Positions 1 through 9,102 of a stretch of DNA of 54,774 nucleotides are shown here, in pieces (position 1 is the first letter of the stretch; the number at the start of each line of letters is the position of its first letter). The notes beneath the pieces were generated by a model. That model was not told the origin of the DNA. It saw nothing but the letters and a program-made list of their open reading frames with translations, and ran no database searches. This DNA is from a virus (lineage: Duplodnaviria; Caudoviricetes), in the IMG/VR virus record IMGVR_UViG_3300049847_000273, positions 1 through 54,774 of that record; one strand, given 5' to 3'. The translations under genes were made by a program, and so were the position numbers.

Positions 1-825
1 CCACAGTACCTTTTTAAAGGCTGTATCACATGCCTCACGTTCGTTCTAATAGATTAAAAACAAAAAAAGGTATATGATATCCATTTCGCACTACAACGTC
101 TTAAAACGCATGAAACACGCCTTATATCGAATGTTTAAAACAATGCAAATCGTGTGTTTTGCCTTTTTTCCTGCCTTATGCTATGTTTACATATGCTTCT
201 CACTTTATTAAATGCCTTTGTTTTGCGTTAAAATCGACAATTTGCCTTTTTAATCCATTTAACGTTATGTTGCATTATACGCTATGTATTGAGGTGTAGT
301 GTATATGCGTATTACTTCATTTAAGGCTAATTTAAAAGCATTTTAACATTTTACCAATACCATAGTACGTTGTTTAGGTATTTGCAAATAACGGTTTTTT
401 GACTGTTTTAGGCACTTTTTGCCCTTTTTAGCCGTTTATTCATTACTTAATATAGCCCTTGTTTTAGTCATTCTAATAAACGAACTTTCTTTAGTGGTAT
501 TATAGCCCTGCCCTTCTCTCTTTTCTCTCTCTAACGGCTTTCTTTTTAGCCTTGTTTGATATTGTTTGCAATAGCCTTTTAACCGATTGTTTGCTTGCTT
601 GAGTCTATTGCTATGCTTATGCATTGGTAGCGCCTATTGTTTAGGCTTTAATTCAATTGCTTATATTGCTTTGCCTATCCTATTGCCTTGCCCTCTCTAT
701 TCGTGCCTATGCTTTACCCATCATTTGCGCTTGCTATTCGCTTGGATGCACCCATCACACACAATTGATACTATTCATTCACTTGTATGTTGTTTACTGG
801 AAATCGATTTTTTAAAATTTTGAAC

Positions 826-888
826 AAAAAAAAAGCCCTAACTTTTGAAAAGTTAAGGCATAAAAAAACCGCCTATTATAGCGGTTTA
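826..888 (-). terminator. Two tandem intrinsic terminators closing the leftward early-gene cluster
   Basis: Hairpins gccctaactt/aagttaaggc and aaaccgc/gcggttt, each preceded on + by an A-run (U-tail on -). Confidence 0.7.
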
Positions 889-892
889 AAAA

Positions 893-1075
893 TTAATTTT
901 CATTGATTAATACTATTGTTTGTTTTATAAAATCAGGAGCTATAATCAACTTTCTTTCTTCTTCTTTTAAATAGAGCCTATCGCCTTCTATTCTTATAAA
1001 ATTTTCTGCTTTGAAAGTGTAAGCTATTTCTTTTTTTGATTTTCCGATCATTACTATCGTTGTTATCGTTTTCAT
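893..1075 (-). CDS. Hypothetical small early protein (60 aa)
   Basis: ATG start, A-rich upstream, ends just before a terminator. Confidence 0.6.
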   Translation of the reverse strand: MKTITTIVMIGKSKKEIAYTFKAENFIRIEGDRLYLKEEERKLIIAPDFIKQTIVLINEN

Positions 1076-1083
1076 AATCTTAA

Positions 1084-1209
1084 TTATTTACAAATTATAG
1101 TTTCGAACTTTGAGTGGCTATTAGTCAACTCTATGCCCGCAAAAATTAGAAATAAAATAGATAAAGAAATAACTAAGGTAATTGCGATTTTTGATAATAA
1201 AGTTTTCAT
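1084..1209 (-). CDS. Small single-TM membrane peptide (41 aa, likely start MKTLLSK)
   Basis: Hydrophobic stretch IAITLVISLSILFLIFAGI; ATG at 1209 lies downstream of the -7 box at 1247-1254. Confidence 0.55.
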   Translation of the reverse strand: MKTLLSKIAITLVISLSILFLIFAGIELTNSHSKFETIICK

Positions 1210-1218
1210 AATATTGAT

Positions 1219-1317
1219 TTTTGTCGTTTTTTGCTTTATTGCTTCACAAAGATACATAAGTTTATTTGTTATTTCCAAACTTTTTCTGAAAATAATTCAA
1301 AAAAACTTTTAAAGCAT
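1219..1317. repeat. 99-bp direct repeat copy 1 carrying a minus-strand Bacteroidota promoter
   Basis: Identical by eye to 2215-2313; contains TATCTTTG (-7) and TTTG (-33) on the minus strand. Confidence 0.9.
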
Positions 1318-1429
1318 GAAAAAACCGCTTGTTAAAGCGGTTTAGATTAAAGATAAAAATAGATTGCGTGCATTATGATAGTCGCTATAATCGTGTAAAA
1401 ATAGAACATTCCGACGCTCGCTTGTCTTT

Positions 1430-1618
1430 TCATTGGTTTTGGTTTTTAAAGTTAAAACTTTTCGCTGGTAAGTCCTCTCTAAAATTCTCAACAAAATGAT
1501 ATAATCTTGTTGCTACCTTGATTATTATTTCGTTGCCAAAATAATCATACAATGATTGACTTAGACTGTCAATACCATCCAATACTCTAAATACTAATAA
1601 CGTTTTTTTTGTGTACAT
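1430..1618 (-). CDS. Hypothetical protein (62 aa)
   Basis: ORF track, ATG start, co-oriented with neighbours. Confidence 0.45.
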   Translation of the reverse strand: MYTKKTLLVFRVLDGIDSLSQSLYDYFGNEIIIKVATRLYHFVENFREDLPAKSFNFKNQNQ

Positions 1619-1713
1619 GATTTTATATTTTAAAAATTAAACTTGCTAATGTTCTAATTAAAAAATAGCTGCCCATTAGAATAGCTATTTTTATTTGTGT
1701 TGATTTTTTCATT

Positions 1714-1914
1714 TTAAACCTGATCCCAAATTGACTTTAACGCTTGTTTTTTTGTAGTTCCAAAACAAGTTTCTCCTGATTTAATAGCGTCGATTTTTGT
1801 CATGTCAGTGACCAAAATAGATATTTCTTTACCTCTTTTGATTACTATTGCGGTGTAATGCCCCGCCATTCTAAATTTAAGTGTAATTCTTTCGCTTAAT
1901 TGTTGTGTAGTCAT
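1714..1914 (-). CDS. Hypothetical early protein (66 aa)
   Basis: ATG start, tightly coupled to upstream ORF, followed by hairpin terminator near 1660-1692. Confidence 0.65.
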   Translation of the reverse strand: MTTQQLSERITLKFRMAGHYTAIVIKRGKEISILVTDMTKIDAIKSGETCFGTTKKQALKSIWDQV

Positions 1915-1919
1915 TTTTC

Positions 1920-2204
1920 TTATTTATTAGAGTTAATAAAATTTTTGTACTGTACTGTATTTGTAAGCAAGGATAAGTTTTCGTTGTAAACCGTCTCACG
2001 ATCATTTTTTACATTAAAACTTGGGTCACTTTTTAATTTGGAATAAACGTAAATTGAAGCCTTTCCAGTTTTGCCATCTCTCACGCCTCTTTCGATAGCT
2101 ACTATCTTTTTTGTTTGCGGAACGTTGTTTAGGTTATTATTTTTTTCGGTTGCATTAGCTGCAATTGAGAAAATTAATCCGATTGTTAAAATTAAGCTTT
2201 TCAT
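1920..2204 (-). CDS. Exported hypothetical protein (94 aa)
   Basis: Signal-peptide-like N-terminus MKSLILTIGLIFSIAANA; directly downstream of promoter repeat copy 2. Confidence 0.7.
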   Translation of the reverse strand: MKSLILTIGLIFSIAANATEKNNNLNNVPQTKKIVAIERGVRDGKTGKASIYVYSKLKSDPSFNVKNDRETVYNENLSLLTNTVQYKNFINSNK

Positions 2205-2214
2205 AATGTTTAAA

Positions 2215-2313
2215 TTTTGTCGTTTTTTGCTTTATTGCTTCACAAAGATACATAAGTTTATTTGTTATTTCCAAACTTTTTCTGAAAATAATTCAAAAAA
2301 ACTTTTAAAGCAT
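2215..2313. repeat. 99-bp direct repeat copy 2 carrying a minus-strand promoter
   Basis: Identical by eye to 1219-1317; -7 box at 2243-2250. Confidence 0.9.
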
Positions 2314-2448
2314 AAAAAAAGCCTTGAAAAACAAGGCTTTTAAATGGTTTTTATTTTTGTATCAATACCGATAAAATGACGGTTAAAATCAAAATTAACG
2401 CAAAAGGCGTTGTTTTTTGTTCAAAGGTTGGTTGTCGCTTTCTCATGG

Positions 2449-2703
2449 TTAATAAAAGAAATAAGTTATTTTTTTTTGTGATTTGTCAGGACTTACAGAG
2501 GTATGAATTGTGCAACCTAAATCAAATTTTACTCCTTGTCTAGTTTTTTCAAAACCTCCCAAACTTTTAAAAAATTTCTTAGTTTGAGAAGATAAGTACT
2601 TTTTTTTAAAATCGTAGTCCTTTGTATCTTTTTCAACTGAAATTAGTTTATAATTTTTAGCCACTAACTCAAAAATTTCTTGATAATAATTAAATGAAAT
2701 CAT
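2449..2703 (-). CDS. Hypothetical early protein (84 aa, likely start MISFNYY)
   Basis: ATG at 2703 downstream of TACTTTTG -7 box at 2740-2747. Confidence 0.6.
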   Translation of the reverse strand: MISFNYYQEIFELVAKNYKLISVEKDTKDYDFKKKYLSSQTKKFFKSLGGFEKTRQGVKFDLGCTIHTSVSPDKSQKKITYFFY

Positions 2704-2853
2704 GGTTTTATCGTTTTTTATTATTGCATTATTGCACCACAAAAGTACAAGCTTATTTTAAATAAACAATAGAAAAACTTAAAATAATTAAAAAATCTTT
2801 TTATAAAATTAAAAAAGTCCTTAAAAATAAGAACTTAGCAAGGATTAAAAATT

Positions 2854-3345
2854 TTACTTTAAATAGATATTTTCGCTTTTACAATCGCTTAAATCTATAT
2901 TTATAGGTGCATTTACATAAGTGCCTCCTATTGAAGTTATAGCCGTTTGAACCTTTAAAAATTCGGTATTAATATCATTTTTCAACTTTTGCAAATCTTG
3001 ATCTAATGGTTCAAAAAGTACCGCTTTATTGGTTCCTCCGTTCAGGATCATTTTACCGTCATTTTTCAAATAGATTTCAGCTTTAAATAATCCAGTATTC
3101 GGATCAATCGAGAATAGTCGGCTGGCACCAGGAGCGCAAACCCTATCACGTTGGATATATCCAATTATTACCGCTTCGTCAGAATTTGAAGTTTCGGCAA
3201 AAATGGCCGTCATTCCTTCAGGAGCTGCACTATCAAAACCAAAAGGACTTATTTCTTTGGCCGTTTTTGGTCCGAACTGGATCACTTTTAATATTCTTTG
3301 TCCGTTCTCAATTATTACGCTTTTAACCTTGCTTAGTGTTATCAT
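2854..3345 (-). CDS. Baseplate spike/assembly protein, Mu gp45-like
   Basis: N-terminal pattern SPFGFDSAAPEG...AVIIGY...APGASRLFS...IYLKNDG typical of gp45/gpV-type proteins; gpN/gpP-like genes lie upstream. Confidence 0.65.
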   Translation of the reverse strand: MITLSKVKSVIIENGQRILKVIQFGPKTAKEISPFGFDSAAPEGMTAIFAETSNSDEAVIIGYIQRDRVCAPGASRLFSIDPNTGLFKAEIYLKNDGKMILNGGTNKAVLFEPLDQDLQKLKNDINTEFLKVQTAITSIGGTYVNAPINIDLSDCKSENIYLK

Positions 3346-3421
3346 AGTAGCTTATATTTTTAATGTAAAATTACACTTAATCAAAATGTTGTTTCAAAAA
3401 AAAAAAATATTTTTTTCCTGC

Positions 3422-3460
3422 AAAAAAAAAACCTCGCCACAAAATCAATTGGGCGAGGTG
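3422..3460 (-). terminator. Intrinsic terminator
   Basis: acctcgcc/ggcgaggt stem with A10 on + (U-tail on -). Confidence 0.75.
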
Positions 3461-3479
3461 GAAAAAAAGGAAAAAACGA

Positions 3480-3719
3480 CTAAACCTTTTTTAATATCTT
3501 TTCGGCGTGGTTCAAGTCTTCTAACCTTTGCATAAGTACCGTTTTTTCTTGCTGGATTCGCTCAATTGTCTTGTTGACTACCAAACTTACCAAAATTGAT
3601 TTTTCGAAGTTAGAAAGGCTTAAAATCATTATTTCGTTTGTGATAAATTCGGCCTTTTCGTTTATCACGTCTTCGGTTGATTTTTTTTTGAATATTCTCA
3701 CTTTACTTTTTTTAAGCAT
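3480..3719 (-). CDS. Hypothetical protein (79 aa)
   Basis: ORF track; overlaps upstream stop. Confidence 0.6.
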   Translation of the reverse strand: MLKKSKVRIFKKKSTEDVINEKAEFITNEIMILSLSNFEKSILVSLVVNKTIERIQQEKTVLMQRLEDLNHAEKILKKV

Positions 3720-4128
3720 TTAAAAAATTAATTTTCTCAATTATATTACTCATAAAAGTGTCGCGAATTTCGCCATTAGAATTGTCTAATACAATTCTAT
3801 TTTCATAAATATCAATGACTCTATAATTACGGATTTTTATATGTTTCATTTGTTTTAATCCATTTAAAGTGATACCTAAATCAATAGGTAACTTTAAAAT
3901 ATCGTGTTTTATGATTTTCATTTTTTTTATTTCGTTATTAATTTCGGTTAAAGTTTTTTTTCTGAAATCATTTATTGACGCTATGTCTGCAAAATCAAAT
4001 TTTTCCCTTTTCATAAAAGTGAGTCCGATAGTTCCCGCTATGAAATAAATTTTTCCCCGTAGATGCTCAATTGAAGCACTATCTAATATGCTTTTGCAAT
4101 AGTCTAATTCTATTTGTGAAATTTTCAT
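3712..4128 (-). CDS. Hypothetical protein (138 aa)
   Basis: ORF track; ATGA-type overlap with upstream gene. Confidence 0.65.
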   Translation of the reverse strand: MKISQIELDYCKSILDSASIEHLRGKIYFIAGTIGLTFMKREKFDFADIASINDFRKKTLTEINNEIKKMKIIKHDILKLPIDLGITLNGLKQMKHIKIRNYRVIDIYENRIVLDNSNGEIRDTFMSNIIEKINFLNA

Positions 4129-4442
4129 AATATTGATTTTATGTTTACCAGTATTTCATCCACTACATTTTTAACGGTTCCGTTTAAAGATTTGTGAAAA
4201 TTCCACTTTCCGGACCACGAATTATGGCCAATATCTTCAGTGACTTTTTCAACGTCTATAAATCTACCATACAAAGAAAAACAAACTCCATTGTCTTCAT
4301 CAATACGTAGGTACAATGTTCCGAATTTTGTTTCTAAATCGAACTTTAAAGGATCACTAATAAAAGCTATTGCCCCTAAACCAGTTAACGAAATTTGCGT
4401 TTTAGAAACGAATGCTACACTATCTTTTTTTGAAATTTTCAT
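4125..4442 (-). CDS. Hypothetical protein (105 aa)
   Basis: ORF track; SGKWNFH motif seen in small phage early proteins. Confidence 0.65.
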   Translation of the reverse strand: MKISKKDSVAFVSKTQISLTGLGAIAFISDPLKFDLETKFGTLYLRIDEDNGVCFSLYGRFIDVEKVTEDIGHNSWSGKWNFHKSLNGTVKNVVDEILVNIKSIL

Positions 4443-4454
4443 AACTCGTAAATT

Positions 4455-4841
4455 TTAAAATTCGTCTTCGTCTTCTTCTTCTTCGCTTGGTTCACGCAAT
4501 TCCCACGTGTACACGTCTTCGGACCAACTATCAAAACCTTCATTAATTGCGTCCTCACTGCAAAATAATTCCATACTAGAAATAGAATAATCGGCATCAC
4601 CGTCTTCATTACATAGAACTCTACAACAATCCAAATCGTACCATCCAGTTTGTTCAACGCCGTCTTCTAATTCAGTCAACCAAACTATATTGTTTGATTT
4701 TTCCCAATTGTCATTGGTCATGTTTTGCGCAAATTCTTTTTTTGCTTCGTCAAATGAAGTAGCATATATGCTGCCTACTTCTTTAAAACTTTGTCCGTCT
4801 CTTTTTCTGAAAATTGGGTAGTGGGTGAAATTTGTTTCCAT
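4455..4841 (-). CDS. Highly acidic small protein (128 aa), possible DNA mimic
   Basis: D/E-rich throughout, ends EPSEEEEDEDEF. Confidence 0.7.
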   Translation of the reverse strand: METNFTHYPIFRKRDGQSFKEVGSIYATSFDEAKKEFAQNMTNDNWEKSNNIVWLTELEDGVEQTGWYDLDCCRVLCNEDGDADYSISSMELFCSEDAINEGFDSWSEDVYTWELREPSEEEEDEDEF

Positions 4842-4858
4842 GATTTTTATCGTTTTTT

Positions 4859-5446
4859 TTAGTTGTTAAATTGTTTACCGTTTGCCAAATAATCTTGATC
4901 ATTATCAATTAATGATTCTATTATGAATTCGTCACTTCTTTGATATTCTATATCGGAATAACCTTGATTCTCTAAATCTTTACATAATTCAATATAAAGA
5001 CTTTCTATATTTTCACAAACTTTTGTAACAATTTCGTTTATGTTTTGATAATCATTTTTGTATGATTCTAAACTATAATCAATATCGCTTTTACTTGCAT
5101 AACAATATCGGCCGTTGTTACCCGTGTTTTTAAAACTACAATTATCTAAAATTGCTTTTGCGGTTTTTTCTTTTTCTGAACCTAAAATTTCTAAAAAAAA
5201 GGACAAAAGTATTTTTTCGTCAATTTTATTACAACTAAAACTTAAGCCGTCACCTTGAGAATAAGATAGACTATACTCTATTCTTATATCGTCATAAAAA
5301 CCTGCATTTTCAATTTGTTCTTTTGCGTTGTCATAAAAGTAGTCTAAAGAAATTTCGTCTTTATTTCTACAAATTTCAATCGCCACTTGTTTTGCGTCTT
5401 CGCTTAATTCCTCAAATTTGTAAACTTTTGTTCTTACTGTTCTCAT
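4859..5446 (-). CDS. Acidic conserved phage/plasmid early protein (195 aa)
   Basis: N-terminus VYKFEELSEDAKQVAIE, YSLSYSQGDG and C-terminal EYQRSDEFIIESLIDN; first gene after promoter at 5512-5519. Confidence 0.7.
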   Translation of the reverse strand: MRTVRTKVYKFEELSEDAKQVAIEICRNKDEISLDYFYDNAKEQIENAGFYDDIRIEYSLSYSQGDGLSFSCNKIDEKILLSFFLEILGSEKEKTAKAILDNCSFKNTGNNGRYCYASKSDIDYSLESYKNDYQNINEIVTKVCENIESLYIELCKDLENQGYSDIEYQRSDEFIIESLIDNDQDYLANGKQFNN

Positions 5447-5511
5447 TTTTTTTCACGCCTTTTTGTTATCGAGAAGCGTCTAACTCCGTTGGTTAATGAA
5501 TTATTACATCG

Positions 5512-5549
5512 CAAAGATAGAAAGGTTTTTTAAATAAACAATAGAAAAA
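5512..5549 (-). promoter_or_regulatory. Bacteroidota sigma-70-type promoter for the 5446-3480 cluster
   Basis: TATCTTTG -7 box (caaagata on +); upstream 22-mer shared with 2756-2777; preceded by terminator aacccttga/tcaagggtt. Confidence 0.7.
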
Positions 5550-5625
5550 TTAAAAACTTTTGGAAAAAACTTTGTTTAAAACAAAGAACCCTTGAAAAAT
5601 CAAGGGTTAAGAGTGATAAAAAATT

Positions 5626-6810
5626 TTACAAAATATCTTTTCTGTTCATGTATTGGTGATCTTCCTCGTTTAAATGTTCCTCAATATGGTAGTCTGGATC
5701 GCTATGATTAAAGAAGATATTTCTAATCTTTGGGCCACCTGTGAACGCCTCAGGAATTAAGCAGCTTATTTCAGTTGTTTCTTCTTTGTGGTCAATATTA
5801 AACGTGATAGTTTCAATCATAAATCGGTTATACGCATAACAGTATATATAATGATTATGCACGTTTATAATATCGCATGGAACCAAATTCAAAAATTCTT
5901 GGGTTCCTTGTAACTTCAGATTTAACGTAATACCTCGTAACTCGGCCGCCAGTTCGTTGTCGGCTCCGTCTTTCACGTCCGTGTCTGGTCCCGAAGTAAG
6001 GATCTTTGTTGTTGGCCTGAATTTAGGTATTAAAGTGTTAATAGCTTTGTCGGCCGTTGATACTCCCGCATTTTCGTCACTAGGTTGGCGCACTACATTA
6101 ATTTCAGAATGAAGTCCTTGGCCATTTACTTGAAAGTCCATACTTATAGTATTTCCCTTGGTAAAGAAATAGGCGGGTTTTGCGTCATAATCAATAGTAA
6201 ATAGTAACACTTCGCCTTTATTAGTGTGTGATAACAATAAGTTTTTTTGGCTTGCTAATTTGGCTAAATACTGTTTTACAGTTTCAGTAGGGCTTGCGCT
6301 GGTCCTGCCAAAAACTTGACTTGCTTTTGCTTTTAGTTTCTCATATTTTGAACGGTCAGAAAAAAATTTTTTTTTATTTTTTGGTAGTGGATCATAAGCC
6401 TGTTTGCTTCCTGTATCGGCAATTACCAAACCGATATTGTATAAGCTGCATAACCTGGACGCAATATCTTTTAGGGACCTACCAGTACTTTCTAGCGGGT
6501 AATCTTTTACCGGAATAGTCACGTCTTCGAGAATACCGCTCAGGGAGTAGCCCGAAATAGTCACCAGGTGCCTGCCCATGTCGCTCTGAAAATGATGATT
6601 CAAAATTGTCCCCGTGAGCATCAGCCTATTGTCGTTGTTGAAAATTTCCACCCGCTTGTACTGTAGTGGCTTGAAAATCTCTTGGTGTTCTTGGTTTTGA
6701 GCAGCAAATCTTGATTGAAACGTAAAAGTTGAAGCTATGGAATCTAGCTTCAAACTTACGTTTACACTTGTGAAAAAGTCTATGTTGTGTCCGTCTATCT
6801 TTATGACCAT
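5626..6810 (-). CDS. Baseplate hub protein, Mu gpP/gp44-like
   Basis: 394 aa; SLKLDSIASTFTF, LTGTI, ETVKQYLAKLASQKNLLLSHTNKGEVLL patterns; follows gpN-like gene. Confidence 0.75.
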   Translation of the reverse strand: MVIKIDGHNIDFFTSVNVSLKLDSIASTFTFQSRFAAQNQEHQEIFKPLQYKRVEIFNNDNRLMLTGTILNHHFQSDMGRHLVTISGYSLSGILEDVTIPVKDYPLESTGRSLKDIASRLCSLYNIGLVIADTGSKQAYDPLPKNKKKFFSDRSKYEKLKAKASQVFGRTSASPTETVKQYLAKLASQKNLLLSHTNKGEVLLFTIDYDAKPAYFFTKGNTISMDFQVNGQGLHSEINVVRQPSDENAGVSTADKAINTLIPKFRPTTKILTSGPDTDVKDGADNELAAELRGITLNLKLQGTQEFLNLVPCDIINVHNHYIYCYAYNRFMIETITFNIDHKEETTEISCLIPEAFTGGPKIRNIFFNHSDPDYHIEEHLNEEDHQYMNRKDIL

Positions 6811-6845
6811 GATGTATGATTTATTGTTTCAAAAAAAAAAAAAAA

Positions 6846-8069
6846 TTATTTTATGTACACTATTTTTCTATCCTTTTGAATGGTAAATAGCTCGTTGAGA
6901 ATGATGTTATTTCGTTTCAAAAATAATTCTATATTCTCATCATTTGCATCTAAACCAACATATCTATGGACCAATAGCATTGCGTTTGTTTTCTTGGTTG
7001 TGTACACGATTCTTTCTCTTTTGGCACTAAATGTCAATTTGAATAAATTAGCCAAAGTAAAGGTTACCATTTTACCTAATTCATGTTGTACCGTGGCATC
7101 CGGACTGTAGCTTTTATTCACGTCATAGATTGAAACTTTTTTCTCATCCAAAACTTTCTTATAATCCTCGTGTATGTCATTGAGTTTGGTGTACATTTTC
7201 TCAATATCGGAAACCAAAACATAATCTGTTGGCAAAGGATTTACCATTGCATCACACATTGAAGCTATTGTGCTTGCTCCAATTGATTCAAAATGCTTTT
7301 TATCTACCAAAGTATCAATTGAATCTTTTAATCGCTCATACGTCCCCTCATAGCTTGCTATCCTTCCTGCAATTGCTTTTTCATATCTTGATGGTAAGTC
7401 CAAAAACTTTTGAATGCTTTCAATAGCAACTAACGGACCATCTAATAAATTATCAATTGCTTTCAGTCCTTTGTTCAATGCGTTTTGGAATTGGGAATAG
7501 GTGTCGTTATCCTGTAGCTTTTTGGCGTTCCCTGCAATAGTCAAAATGTTTACTTGGTTTTTGGCAATATCAGCAGAACTAAATTTGGTATTGTTTACGT
7601 ATGATTTTGAAGCAGCCAAATAAACCGAATCGTGTAGGTCTCTTGAATTGTCTTTGATAGAATAATTTCTAGCAGGGTAATCTACCGGAATACTTTCCCA
7701 AAAATCAACGGTTACTTCTGTTGAGTTTAGAAAACTGTCCTTTCTCTTAATGGATAATGGTTGGCCAACAATCCTTCCGTAGAACGGGTGTATGACAATC
7801 CACGGCCTTGGATCATCGGAGGAATTTTCAAAGATGTTCGCTTGGGTAATATTGTCCTCGCCTTCAAAGTAAAAAACCAAGGGGAATTTCCCTGACTTTG
7901 GCTTCTTTCTATCTACTAGCGTACCATACACACTTATGAACTCAAATGATGAGGTGTTGAACTCCTTGTCTTTCTCGCTGTCTGAGCTTTTGAATAGTGG
8001 CAAAAACTCATTGCCATCACCTGTGATAATCTTAAACGGTATATTGTCTATCCTGTCTTTCCAATTCAT
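6846..8069 (-). CDS. Mu gpN-like DNA circularisation/tail protein
   Basis: MNWKDRI start, VIHPFYG motif, 407 aa, position before hub gene. Confidence 0.7.
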   Translation of the reverse strand: MNWKDRIDNIPFKIITGDGNEFLPLFKSSDSEKDKEFNTSSFEFISVYGTLVDRKKPKSGKFPLVFYFEGEDNITQANIFENSSDDPRPWIVIHPFYGRIVGQPLSIKRKDSFLNSTEVTVDFWESIPVDYPARNYSIKDNSRDLHDSVYLAASKSYVNNTKFSSADIAKNQVNILTIAGNAKKLQDNDTYSQFQNALNKGLKAIDNLLDGPLVAIESIQKFLDLPSRYEKAIAGRIASYEGTYERLKDSIDTLVDKKHFESIGASTIASMCDAMVNPLPTDYVLVSDIEKMYTKLNDIHEDYKKVLDEKKVSIYDVNKSYSPDATVQHELGKMVTFTLANLFKLTFSAKRERIVYTTKKTNAMLLVHRYVGLDANDENIELFLKRNNIILNELFTIQKDRKIVYIK

Positions 8070-8102
8070 GTTGTTGTTGTTTTATGGTGAAAAAATTTTT
8101 TT

Positions 8103-8339
8103 TTATTTTTGATTAGCCACGATTAAATCAATATAGTCTTTTACCGTTATAACATTCGGATATTTCCAATACGGTAAAATAATCCTAAAATGAAACATTA
8201 ATAATACATCAAATATTTCAGCAGGAGACCAACCTGTATATTCAGTAATATCTGTTTCTAATGTAATATCTCCTTTAACTAATTCTTCATCGGAAAAAAA
8301 TTCTATTACATAATCTTTTATTTCTTCAAAACTTTTCAT
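8103..8339 (-). CDS. Divergent acyl-carrier-protein-like protein (78 aa)
   Basis: ACP-like layout ITLETDI...G...ITVKDYIDLI, but GWSPAE in place of GxDSLD. Confidence 0.5.
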   Translation of the reverse strand: MKSFEEIKDYVIEFFSDEELVKGDITLETDITEYTGWSPAEIFDVLLMFHFRIILPYWKYPNVITVKDYIDLIVANQK

Positions 8340-8358
8340 TTTTATTTTTTTTAATTAT

Positions 8359-9102
8359 TTATTTTAATGCTTTATCAAAATGATATTGTGCGTTCTTGGC
8401 ATAAAAGCCTTCCATTAGTTTTTGAGTAGATTGCGCCGCTTCTCTGTTGAAATGTGTTGCTTTGGCTCTTGCTTGTTTACGCTTTCTGTCTCTCATCAAA
8501 AACTCTAGTTTAAAGGTGTTTTTACTTGTAGCAAAATTCCAACTTATTTCTGTTACTTGTACTAAGAATCTACCTTTTTTTGTAGTAACAAAGGTTGGTT
8601 TTTTTTCTTCATAACTAGATAACATATTCATAGTATTAGAAACACTTTTTTTAGTACGAACTCTACCTTTTACTAAATTAGATTTACTATATCTTGAACT
8701 TTTTCTAACAAGCCTTTTTTGGCTACCCGATATTCTCGTTTTTGGCATATACATTAAGCCATCATCATCCGTACCTCCAAACTCGTTATTCTCCATACCC
8801 TGTGGCACTTTAGAACCTTTAATGCCATCCTTGTCAATAAAACCAACTGTAGCTTTCATCTGCTCTATGTTTCTACTGTATTTAGCTTTTTCAACACCTG
8901 TAAACTTCTTGAATACTGTTTTATTTCTTACGGTCATGTTTTTATTAGCAGACTCGTAAATAGCTTTTTTCTTCATATGAAATGCTCCATCCGATAATGT
9001 TGAACGCACCGCATTGGGAAAAGCATATTTGTTCAAACGCTCTAGTTTATCCGTCAAAACTATCGCAGCATTCGTGTTTACATTAAATACAAAATTTGCC
9101 AT
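8359..9102 (-). CDS. Putative tail completion/neck protein (basic, gpZ/gpG-like)
   Basis: Lys/Arg-rich, LERLNK...AVRSTL...AFHMKK pattern, located among tail genes. Confidence 0.5.
   Translation of the reverse strand: MANFVFNVNTNAAIVLTDKLERLNKYAFPNAVRSTLSDGAFHMKKKAIYESANKNMTVRNKTVFKKFTGVEKAKYSRNIEQMKATVGFIDKDGIKGSKVPQGMENNEFGGTDDDGLMYMPKTRISGSQKRLVRKSSRYSKSNLVKGRVRTKKSVSNTMNMLSSYEEKKPTFVTTKKGRFLVQVTEISWNFATSKNTFKLEFLMRDRKRKQARAKATHFNREAAQSTQKLMEGFYAKNAQYHFDKALK

Noticed and set aside
436-823. ORF-track entries 436-624 (-) and 587-823 (+)
   Set aside because: Low-complexity, mutually overlapping and beyond tandem terminators; likely spurious
5450-5510. Possible structured leader (acgc/gcgt, gtta/taac) before the 195-aa gene
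   Set aside because: Pairings are only 4-6 bp and do not match the terminator-loop architecture of the other leaders
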